A DNA stretch of 64,000 bases from Phaeosaccion multiseriatum (taxonomy: Eukaryota > Protista > Ochrophyta, other classes): NCBI GenBank assembly GCA_965112735.1, contig OZ218952.1, positions 372,001-436,000 of the forward strand. Direction: 5' to 3'. Of this stretch, positions 10,801-22,800 are shown piece after piece. A program made the translations under genes and the position numbers. Position 1 is the first letter of the stretch. Every line of letters begins with the position of its first letter. A model generated the notes under the pieces. The model ran no database searches, had not been told where the DNA came from, and saw only the letters and a list, made by a program, of their open reading frames with translations.

Positions 10801-13800
10801 ATCATCAGTGGTGGCGCCTCTGCTCGTGAGTACCACCAAGCCCAACATGGGAAATCTGGAGGGCGCCGGAGGTATGCTGGCGCTGATCAAGACTGTGGTC
10901 GCGCTTCAGCACGGCTTTGTGCCGCCGAATATTCACCTTTACACGCCTCATCCTCGCTTGGAAGTGGACAATGCAGCAATACGGCTGCCCTCTGCTGGCG
11001 CAGGGAACGCTCCCTTTGAGGGGAGTGTGGCGGGCATGCACTGCTATGGCATCTCGGGAGTCAACGCGCATGTTCTAATCCGGAAGGGAGCTGCACAGGT
11101 TGCTCACGTCGAGCGAGGAGAGGAAGACACGAGGATGAAGACAGCTTTCCCATGGCCCGCAGCCCCTTGTACTGAGATGCGTCGTCCTCCGACAGTTCTG
11201 GCCTCGGCGAAAGGTACTTATGAGACGGAGATGGCCTTGAAGCCGCCTCGCGACGAGAGTCAACGCTCAACGACGACAGAAGTGATGGCCATAGCGAGAA
11301 GTTATCTAGGGCAGAATGGGGAGAAGCTGAGGGAAAATACTTCACTGATGGAGGCAGGCCTTGATTCGCTGGCACTGGTAGAGATGCGTGGCCAGCTGCA
11401 GTCTCGCTTTGGGGTGAACGTGTCCAGCGATGTGCTCTTCTCCAATCCGACCGTAGCAGCGGTGGCTGCGTGGGTGGAAGCGGAGGTGCTGGGAGCGGAC
11501 ACAGGACCTCCCACTGTTCGCTCTATTGGCGGTGCAAGCACTCCACGGAACCAAGCCGACTCGACCGCGCAGCTGGCCGTTGTTGGCATGGCGTGCCGCT
11601 TCCCTGGAGGTGCGAACAGCCCCGAGGCCTTCTGGGCCATAATGTCTGCAGGTACGGACTGTATTGGTGCGGCGCCTGTCGACCGCTGGGCAGACGATGG
11701 CAAGCAGAAGCAGTGGCAGGGGGGCTTCATTGACGGAGTGGAGATGTTCGACAACGCCTTCTTTGGCATCTCGGCCGCCGAGGCACAGGCCATGGACCCC
11801 AATCAGCGACTCATGCTGGAGGTGGGATTCGAGGCCCTTCACCAGGCTAGATACGAGAAGGGCACACTACAAGGCAGCAAGACAGGCGTGTTTGTGGGCA
11901 TGTCTGGGAGCGACTGGGGCTTGGTTGTTGCGGATGAGAACAAAGGCGCATATTCCGTGATGGGCACGTCCAACGCAAGTCCTGCCAACCGAATGTCCTC
12001 TGTCCTCGGGCTGAGGGGACCGAGCATAAGTGTAGACACTGCCTGCTCGTCATCATTGGTTGCGCTGGATGCCGCATGCAGCAGCTTGAGACGGGGCAAG
12101 AGCAATCTCGCCGTGGTGGGAGGCGTAAACTTGCTCCTGGGTACCAATGACTTCGAAGCTCTTACAGCGGGGGGATTCCTTTCACCTGACTGGTAAGTAC
12201 ATTGAGTGGGCTTCTCATTTCTCCTGTTTTCTGGCAGGGCATCTCGCGTGGGGGAGGGAACGGCTTGTAGCTATGCACCTGTACGGTTGATACCCCTCTG
12301 TGGATTGCTCACAAATATCCATCTCATTGCCCACTGTCATGCCCTATCCGCGCTATCAGGCGCAGTAAAACCTTCGATGCATCGGCCAATGGCTACGTGC
12401 GGGGTGAGGGCTGTGGTGCCGTTGTGCTGAAGCGACTGGATGATGCCGAGGCCGATGGTGACAACATTCTCGCCGTGGTGAATGGGTCTGCTGTGAACCA
12501 CAACGGCAGGTCCGTGCGCTTTACTGCACCCAACCCACTTGCACAGCAGGAGGTGATAAGAGAGGCTCTTGCGGATGCCGACTTTGATGGCTTGGACGTG
12601 CACTACGTTGAGGCACACGGCACAGGCACCTCTCTGGGCGACCCCATCGAGATGAGTGCTTTGAGGGCCGTATACGGCAAGGGTCGAAAGGAAGCGAGGC
12701 CTCTGGTGGTTGGGGCGGTGAAGACAAATGTCGGGCACCTCGAGGGCGCTTCGGGTATCGCTGGCCTCATCAAGGCAGTGCTTGTCCTTCAGCATGGAGC
12801 TGCCCCGCCCAACCTCAACCTGGACAAGCTGAATCCCGAGCTGCAACTCAAAGACTTTCCAGTGACATTACCTTCTGCCACGGTACCACTGAGTGGCGAG
12901 CGTGGAGAGACGCGCATCGCTGCCGTCAGCTCCTTCGGGGCTGGTGGGGCCAACGCACATGCTGTGCTCAGCAGCTTCGGAGCAGCGATGGTTGACAGAG
13001 GTGAGGCCCTGCCAGAGCCGGCTGAGCAGCACAGACGCATGAGCCCCCCAGTGGCATTCTTGTTTACGGGACAGGGCTCGCAGTACGTGGGTATGGGCAG
13101 AGATCTGTACGAGAAGGAGGGTGTGTTTCGCGAGTGCGTGCAGCGGTGCAGCGGACTTCTCATGGAGAGAACGTGGCTGGACAAATCTGCGGTGGAGCTC
13201 ATGTACCCTAGTGCTGAGGAAGAAAAGAGCGCACAGGCTCTGTTGGAGGAGACACGCTACTGCCAGCCTTGCCTGTTTGTGCTGGAGTACGCCCTCTGTG
13301 AGCTGTGGAAGTCGGAGGGCGTGGAGCCTTCCATGGTGATGGGCCACAGCCTGGGCGAGGTAGTGGCGGCGTGCGTGGCCGGCGTCATGTCGCTGGAGGA
13401 CGGGCTGATGCTGTCCGCCAAGAGAGGAGCCGCCATGGAGGCCTGCCCCGAGGGCGAGGGAGTGATGTTCGCAGTGAGGGCAGGCCGCGTGGCTACGTTG
13501 GCAAGCATCGACGTTGCAGGGGGGGCAGGCGAGGTGGTGCTAGCGTCGTCGAATGGACCGAGCGCGAGCGTGATCTCTGGAGCGCGCAGCGGTGTGGACA
13601 AGGTGGTGGAGAAGCTCACGGCAGATGGGGTGGGCTGCAAGGCCCTGGAGGTGTCGCACGCCTTCCACTCTCCTCTGATGGAGCCCGCTGTACGTGCGCT
13701 GGAGGAGGCTCTGAGGCAGGTGTCATTCAGCGCCCCACGCATTCCCCTGGTGTCCAACGTGACAGGCGAGGTGGTGAAGGCTGAGGAGGTGACGCAGGCG

Positions 13801-16800
13801 GCGTACTGGGTGCAGCACATGCTGTCGCCAGTGCTGTTCGCAGAAGGCATCCACACGCTGGTGGAGCACTGGATGGGAGATGGGAGGGGGGCTGACCTGA
13901 GCATCGTTGAGGTGGGCCCCAACCCTGTGCTGAGCAGCATGGGAGTCAAGTGCGAGCGTCGCGAGGGGCTGGCGTGGATCTCTTCCCTCACGCGCGGGAA
14001 GAGCTCTGAGGATTCGTTTCGAGCAGCCCTGGGCAGAGTAGCGGGGCCGGAGCATCTTGAGCTTTATCCGACTCGCCGATCATTTCCTTGGTACAAGCCT
14101 CCGCTGACCTTTATGCCGAATGGTGAGATGGTCCAGGAGGGAGACGGAATGAGGCTCCCAAGCCCCTTCTCCCCTCATCTCAAGGACCTTCTCAAGGACC
14201 ATGCCGTCAACAATATGGTGATCATTCCGGGGGTGACATACATTGAAGTGGCCGTTGTGGCTGCTCTAGGAGGAAGACAGCTCGGAGTGGAGCAGCAGGT
14301 AGTCCTACAAGGAGCCAGCTTTGTGGTTCCACTGGAGATTGAGGGTTTCCAACAGGCCGGCATGGACCAGGCTCAAAGCCGCCATACAATGGTCTGTGCC
14401 GGGATGAGTGCCCCTTCACGCGGCAGATGGAAGCATGCAGTTCTTCGGAGGTGCCACGGGCGACAAGGGCACCACGGCAACAATGAAGCACGTGTCTGTC
14501 ACAGAGCGAAGCTCGGGGCGTGTTTCTCTGCACGTGGAATCCATTCGAGCTAGAGTTGGCGAGCAGGACGTATCGAGTGAGCTCTACAAGTCATTCGAAG
14601 ACGCCGGCTTCCAGTACGGCCCCCGCTTTCAGCGGACCCGCCACATGTACGGAGGGGACGGAGAGGTTCTGTCGGTCGTGTGTGCCATGGATGAGGAGCT
14701 GTGCGAGCCGTGGGAGATGAAGGGCTTTGCTCTGCACCCCGCAGTGCTGGACAATGCTACCCATACCATCATGCAAGCGCTGCCAAGGAAGCTGCTCAAG
14801 GAGGGGGGGGGATCTCCATTCCTACCTGCAGGCTTTGACGAGGTGGTCGTTTCCGCCTCCATGACGGGAAAGAACGTGTGGGTGCACACGAAGCTGAGTG
14901 AGGGCCAGTCAGTGGCGGACAGCGTCAAGTTTGACATCCGCATTGCAGACTTCGACAGCAAAGAGGTGCTCGTGGAGATGCGGGGCTTCCGCGTGCAGCG
15001 GGCGAGGGGCTTTGTGCGTGTCAGTCCCGTTCGTCGTGCAATGTACGCATTGAAGTGGCAGGCCGCTGAGCCGTCTACACAGGAGGAGGCCCCTGGTAGT
15101 GATACTGACGCTGCTGAGGCGGCGGTGCCACAGAAGTGGCTGGTGGTTATTCCACAGGACGAGAGGGAGGAAGAGATGTCAATCATTGCTGCGGCACGGC
15201 GCTGCGTTCCGGAGAACGTGCACATACACACTCGATATAGGAGGGTGGACGCCTCCGGGGATGATGGTGCTTTTCTTCTTGGACAGGACGAGTGGACTCG
15301 AGTCTTGTACGTGCCGATCTCTGGGGATGGCAAAGAAAACGTAGAAGGGAGTCAGCAAGCACGGGCGGCCTACGCTCTGCTATCGCTACTCAGGAGCATG
15401 TCCACTACGTCGAATGTGCCGCTGACGGTCTTGACGAGCGGCGTCCAAAGCGGCGAGGACTGGCGTCACAGCTGGGTGACTGGGCTGGTGCGGACTGCGA
15501 GGGTGGAGCACCCCTCCATGCAGATTGGTGTGGTGGACCTGATCGACAAGGAGGTCCAAGACAGCGAGGTTGCCTTAGGCTTGGCCTTCCCTGCCACCAC
15601 AGAGGATGTGTGGGTACGCGATAGGCAGTGCTGGACGCCTCAGCTTGTACATCAGTCCCTGCAGCTTCCCTTCGTGCTTGACTTGAAGGCAAGAGGCAGC
15701 ATTGTGAACGCTTTCGCCCTTCGTGATGATGTGGACCATGGCAAACATCAACCCCGTGACCCAGCTGGCAGCTCCGTAGTGGTGGCAGTAAGGGCTGTTG
15801 GCCTTAACTTCCGGGACGTGCTTAATGTGCTGGACATGTACCCTGGCGATCCTGGGGATCCTTGCTCCGAGTTCGCCGGGCAGGTGATCAGTGTAGGAGG
15901 AAGCTCGCGCTTCCGTGTCGGCGATGCAGTGTTTGGCTTTGGCGATGCGGGATGTTTGCGCAGTCATATGACGACGAGTGATGTGTGTCTGGCCGTGATG
16001 CCGGCCGTGCTGAGCTTCGAGCAGGCCGCTGCACTTCCCACCGTGTGCTTGACGGTAGTGAAGGCCTTCCACGACCTCAAGGCTGGAGAGAAGGTGTTGA
16101 TTCATGCCGCATCGGGCGGTGTGGGCCTTGCCGCCGTGCAGTATGCTCAGCGGGTGGGCGCGGAGGTGTACGCTACTGCCGGTGCTGCTGTGAAGCATGA
16201 CTTCCTCCGGAGCTTGGGAGTGCAGCACATTGCGTCTTCAAGAGACGCAGAGGCGTTCAAGCAGTCCATGGGTGAGATGAAGGTGGACGTGGTGCTCAAC
16301 TCACTGGGCGAGGATTACATTCCCTTCTCATTGGACATGCTGACAAAGGGAGGCAGATTCGTGGAGATTGGGAAGAGAGGTGTATGGAGTCACGAGCAGA
16401 TGCACACCGCCCGGTCCGATGTGAGGTACAACCTCGTCGCCGTGGACGCCATTATCGAGTTCGACTTTTCGGCGGGTGAGCCGGGCTGGATAAGCGACGA
16501 GCTGAAGCATCTGGCTGAAGACTGCATGTCTGGCAATGTGAAGCCCTTACCAATCATACCCTTTCACATGAGGGAGGATACTCAGAAGGCCATGGCATTC
16601 ATGAGCCAAGCGAAGCATATCGGCAAGGTGGTGCTGACCAACCCCTCGTATGGTGTGCCAGTGGTGTCCGATGGTACGTACGTCATCAGCGGCGGTCTGG
16701 GGGCTCTTGGTCTCGTGACGGCCCAGCACCTCGCGTCGAGGGGCGCTCGTCACCTTGTGCTGCTGTCGAGGAGTGGGAAGGTCGTCGAGAGCATGACAGA

Positions 16801-19800
16801 ACAGTGGCAGCAGCTTCGAAACGTCGTGGAGCTGACTATCCATACTCCTATTTGCGATGTTGCTGATGCTGAGGCACTTCGGACTTGCCTGGGGGGCGTG
16901 CTGCCTCTGCTGCCCCCTGTGCGCGGCGTGGTGCATGCTGCCGGGGTGCTGGATGATAAGCTACTCGGAGAGCAAACGGTGGAGAGCGTGACGAACGTGT
17001 TCCGACCGAAGGTGCAGGGGGCGGTGAACTTGCACGAGCTTTCGTTGGCTTGGGCAAAGGAGGAGGGACACGCTCCTGGCCTTGACTTTTTCTTTTGCTT
17101 CACATCCATGGCCGGAGTACTGGGTAACGCTGGACAGGCCAACTACGCTGCAGCGAATGCGGCTGTGGACGGGCTGATGCGGCACAGGCGACACCTCGGG
17201 CTCACAGGGACGTCATTGCAGTGGGGGCCGTGGGCTGACGTGGGTATGGCCGCCAAGCTCGATATCGTTCAAAAGCAGTTGGAGATTGCGGGTGTGGGCA
17301 CGGTGTCAGCCGAGCTGGGCATGGCTGCCTTGGATGCCGCTGCGATGTTGTCAACGTCTTCAGGTGATGTGGCCGTCCTGCCTGGGATGGACTGGGGCAA
17401 GTTTGCAGACAGCTTGGGTGCGTCCCGCGGCTCGTTCCTGCTGTCAGGGCTTGTCTCAACAGCAGCAGGCGCGTCCTGGAATACCGAACTCAACAATGAA
17501 GTGCGCGCCTCGCTCTTGAGACTGCCCCCTGGCGAGCGACAGCAATCAGTGCAACTGGCGGTGCTTGATATGGCCAAGGACCTACTTGGAGAGGGTGCCG
17601 ACGAGCTGGACGCGAACACGCCTTTGATGGAAGCTGGTCTTGACTCTTTGTCAACAGTGGAGCTGCGCGGCCAGCTACAGGCTCGCTTCGGGGCCGTTGT
17701 GACCACTGACGTGCTCTTCGCGTATCCCACGGTAGCGGCGCTGGCAGTGCGGATCGAAGCGGAGGTGCTTGGCGGGGTAGAGGAACCCTCTAGCAGTCGC
17801 TCTGCGGTGATCGCGGCTGAAGCGCACCGCACTGACTCAAGGGCGCCGCTGGCCGTCGTCGGAATCGCCTGTCGCTTCCCTGGAGGGGTTAAGAACCCCG
17901 AGAACTTCTGGACTATGCTCTGTGCAGGGACAGACTGTATTGGAGCCAGCCCTGTTGGTCGCTGGGCCGATGAGGGTCAGAAGCAGTGGCACGGGGGCTT
18001 CATTGACGGAGTGGAGATGTTCGACAATGCCTTCTTCGGCATCTCTGCGGCCGAGGCGGGTGCCATGGACCCTCATCAGCGCGTCATGCTGGAGGTGGGG
18101 TACGAGGCGCTGCACAGGGCGGGATACCGCAAGGATACACTACATGGCAGCAACACCGGTGTGTTCGTGGGTATGTCCGGCAGCGAGTGGGGCTCAGTGG
18201 TAGACGATGCGAACAAGGGTGCGTACTCCGTCATGGGCATGTCCAATGCGAGTCCGGCAAATCGGATGTCTTACGTGCTGGGCCTCGGCGGGCCGAGCAT
18301 GAGTGTCGACACGGCGTGCTCGTCGTCTTTGGTGGCATTGGAGGGGGCCTGCAGCAGCTTGCGACTGGGCAAGTGTGACATCGCCTTGGTGGGAGGCGTC
18401 AACTTGCTGCTGGGTACACAACCGTTCGAGACCCTCACCAAAGGAGGTTTCCTGAGTCTTGACTGGTAAGTGTGTGTCTCTTTTGTGTGGGTGGGAGCTT
18501 GTTCTTGGGGCCGCCGTGAGAGACAGATCACAAGGCCCAAGCTGTCTGAAAGGCCCCTGTTGCTGATGGATTACCTCTTGTCTGTTCTTCCCTTTTGCAA
18601 ACCCACAATTCCTCACTGTCAGGCGCTGTAAGGCGTTCGACGCTGCGGCCAACGGTTATGTTCGAGGTGAGGGCTGCGGCGCCGTGGTGCTGAAGCGACT
18701 GGACGATGCACAGGCCAATGGGGACCACATCCTTGCTGTCGTCAATGGCTGCTCTGCGAACCACAACGGGAGAAGTTTGCGCTACACTGCCCCGAGCCCT
18801 TCTGCTCAGCAGCGTCTCATGGAGCAGGCACTGGCGGAGGCCGGCTTGAGCGGTCTGGAGATTGATTACGTGGAGGCGCACGGCACCGGGACTTCTCTCG
18901 GCGACCCCATCGAGATGAGTGCTTTGAGGGCCGTGTACGGCCATGGCCGCAAGGAAGCTCGGCCCCTGGTGGTTGGGGCGGTAAAGACCAATATCGGGCA
19001 TCTAGAGGGTGCGTCCGGAATCGCTGGCCTCATCAAAGCTCTGCTGGTTCTTCAGCATGGATCTGCTCCCCCCAATCTCCACATGAGGAAGCTCAACCCG
19101 GAGCTTCGTTTGGATGGCTTTCCGATGACTTTGCCGTCTGCCGTGGTGCCACTAAGTGCCAGGGACGGGGAGAGGCGCACTGCTGCTGTCAGCTCCTTCG
19201 GCGCGGGAGGAGCCAACGCCCATGCAGTGCTCAGCCGTTTCAGACCGACGATGGTAGAGGAGAGCGCGAGCGAAGCCTTGCTGCAGCTGGATGGACAGCA
19301 AGGCAAGAAGAGTTCACCGGTGACGTTCTTGTTCACAGGACAGGGTTCGCAGTACGTGGGCATGGGCAGGGAGCTGTACGAGAAGGAGGGCGTGTTCCGC
19401 GAGTGCGTGCAGCGGTGCAGTAGGCTGCTCATGGAGCGGGCCTGGCTGAACAAGTCTGTGGTGGAGCTCATGTACCCTGCCGCCGCTGAGGACGGGGAGG
19501 AGGAGGAGGAGACTGCACAAGCTCTGCTGAAGGAGACACGCTACTGCCAGCCGTGTCTGTTTGTGCTGGAGTACGCCCTGTGTGAGCTGTGGAAGTCGGA
19601 GGGCGTGGAGCCTTCCATGGTGATGGGCCACAGCCTGGGCGAGGTAGTGGCGGCGTGCGTGGCCGGCGTCATGTCGCTGGAGGACGGGCTGATGCTGTGC
19701 GCCAAGAGAGGAGCCGCCATGCAGGCCTGCCCCGAGGGCGAGGGAGTGATGTTCGCAGTGAGGGCAGGCAAGGAGGCGACCTTGGCAGGCATCGTGGCTG

Positions 19801-22800
19801 CGAGGCTGGCAGGCGAAGTGGTGCTGGCGTCGTCGAATGGACCGAGCGCGAGCGTGATCTCTGGAGCGCGCAGCGGTGTGGACAAGGTGGTGGAGAAGCT
19901 CACGGCAGATGGGGTGGGCTGCAAGGCCCTGGAGGTGTCGCACGCCTTCCACTCTCCTCTGATGGAGCCCGCTGTACGTGCGCTGGAGGAGGCTCTGAGG
20001 CAGGTGTCATTCAGCGCCCCACGCATTCCCCTGGCGTCCAACGTGACAGGCGAGGTGGTGAAGGCTGAGGAGGTGACGCAGGCGGCGTACTGGGTGCAGC
20101 ACATGCTGTCGCCAGTGCTGTTCGCAGAAGGCATCCACACGGTGGTGGAGCACTGGATGGGAGACGGGAGGGGGGCTGACCTGAGCATCGTTGAGGTTGG
20201 CCCCAACCCTGTGCTGAGCAGCATGGGAGCCAAGTGCGAGCGTCGCGAGGGTCTGGCGTGGATCTCCTCCCTCACGCGAGGGCAGAACTCCGAGGATTCG
20301 TTTGGAGCAGCCCTGGGTAGAGTAGCGGGGCCGGAGCATCTTGAGCTTTATCCGACTCGCCGATCATTTCCTTGGTACAAGCCTCCGCTGGCGTTTATGC
20401 CGAATGGTGAGATGGTCCAGGAGGGAGACGGAATGAGGCTCCCCAGCCCCTTCTCCCCTCATCTCAAGGACCTTCTCAAGGACCGTGCCGTCAACAATAT
20501 CGTGATCATTCCGGGGGTGACATACATTGAAGTGGGCGTCGTGGCTGCTCTAGGAGGAAGACAGCTTGGAGTGGAGCAGCAGGTAGTCCTACAAGGAGCC
20601 AGCTTTGTGGTTCCACTGGAGATTGAGGGTTTCCAACAGGCCGGCACGGACCAGGCTCAAAGCCGCCAAACAATGGTCTGTGCCGGGATGAGTGCCCTTC
20701 ACGCGGCAGATGGAAGCATGCAGTTCTTCGGAGGTGCCACGGGCGACAAGGGCACCACGGCAACAATGAAGCACGTGTCTGTCACAGAGCGAAGCTCAGG
20801 GCGTGTTTCTCTGCACGTGGAATCCATTCGAGCTAGAGTTGGCGAGCAGGACGTATCGAGTGAGCTCTACAAGTCATTCGAAGACGCCGGCTTCCAGTAC
20901 GGCCCCCGCTTTCAGCGGACCCGCCACATGTACGGAGGGGACGGAGAGGTTCTGTCGGTCGTGTGTGCCATGGATGAGGAGCTGTGTGAGCCGTGGGAGA
21001 TGAAGGGCTTTGCTCTGCACCCCGCAGTGCTGGACAATGCTACCCATACCATCATGCAAGCGCTGCCAAGGAAGCTGCTCAAGGAGGGGGGGGGATCTCC
21101 ATTCCTACCTGCAGGCTTTGACGAGGTGGTCGTTTCCGCCTCCATGACGGGAAAGAACGTGTGGGTGCACACGAAGCTGAGTGAGGGCCAGTCAGTGGCG
21201 GACAGCGTCAAGTTTGACATCCGCATTGCAGACTTCGACAGCAAAGAGGTGCTCGTGGAGATGCGGGGCTTCCGCGTGCAGCGGGCGAGGGGCTTTGTGC
21301 GTGTCAGTCCCGTTCGTCGTGCAATGTACGCATTGGAGTGGCAGGCCGCTGAGCCGTCTACACAGGAGGAGGCCCCTGGTAGTGATACTGACGCTGCTGA
21401 GGCGGCGGCGCCACAGAAGTGGCTGGTGGTTATTCCACAGGACGAGAGGGAGGAAGAGATTTCAATCATTGCTGCAGTGCGGCACTGTGTTCCGGAGAAC
21501 GTACACATACACACTCGATATGAGGGGATGGACGCCTCCGGGGATGATGGTGCTCTTCTTCTTGGACAGGACGATTGGACTCGAGTCTTGTACGTGCCGA
21601 TCTCTGGGGATGGCGAAGAAAAGGTAGAAGGGGGTCAGCAAGCACGAGCGGCCTACGCTCTGTTATCGCTACTCAGGAGCATGTCCACTACGTCGAATGT
21701 GCCGCTGACGGTTTTGACGAGAGGCGTCGAAAGCGGCGAGGACTGGCGTCACAGCTGGGTGGCAGGTTTGGTGCGGACTGCAAGGATGGAGCACCCTTAC
21801 ATGCAGATTCGCGTGGTGGACCTGAGCGACAAGGAGGCCTCAGACAGCGAGGTTGCCTTAGGCTTGGCCTTCCCTGGCACCACAGAAGATGTGTGGGTAC
21901 GCGATGGTCAGTGCTGGATGCCTCGGCTTGCACGCCCAGCTTTGAATCTTCCGTTTTCCCTGGAGCTTAGGGCAAGAGGTAGTATAGCCAATGCCTTTCT
22001 CCTTCGCGATGATGTTGATGTGGGCAAACATGAGCTCCTTGACCCATCTGGCAGCATCGTAGAGGTGGCAGTCAGGGCTGTTAGCCTGAACTTCCGGGAC
22101 GTGCTTAATGTGCTTGGTATGTACCCTGGCGATCCTGGGGATCCTTGCTCCGAGTTCGCCGGGGAGGTGATCAGTGTCGGAGGAAGCTCGCGCTTCCGTG
22201 TCGGCGACGCAGTGTTTGGCTTTGCGGACGGAGGATGTTTGCGCAGTCATATGACGACGAGTGATGCGTGTCTGGCCGTGATGCCGGCCGTGCTGAGCTT
22301 CGAGCAGGCCGCTGCACTTCCCACCGTGTGCTTGACGGTGGTGAAGGCCTTCCACGACCTCAAGGCTGGGGAGAAGGTGTTGATTCATGCCGCGTCGGGC
22401 GGTGTGGGCCTTGCCGCCGTGCAGTATGCTCAGCGGGTCGGCGCAGAGGTGTACGCCACTGCCGGTGCTGCTGTGAAGCATGACTTCCTCCGGAGCTTGG
22501 GAGTGCAGCACATTGCGTCATCAAGAGACGCGGAGGCGTTCAAGCAGTCCATGGGTGAGATGAAGGTGGACGTGGTGCTCAACTCTCTGAGTGATGACTA
22601 CATTCCCTTTTCGCTTGCCATGCTAAGCGAGGGTGGTACCTTCGTCGAGATTGGCAAGCGAGGTGTATGGAGTCACGAGCAGATGCGCACCACCCGGCCC
22701 GGTGTAAGGTACGAGCTGCTGGCATTGGATAGTATGATTGAGTCTGACTTCGCAGCTCGTGAGCCAGGCTGGATCAGTGGCGGGCTGCAGCGTCTTGCTG

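Noticed and set aside
14400-14553. Programmed ribosomal frameshift or tiny intron
   Set aside because: No slippery heptamer is seen, and the duplicate module aligns continuously apart from one extra C.
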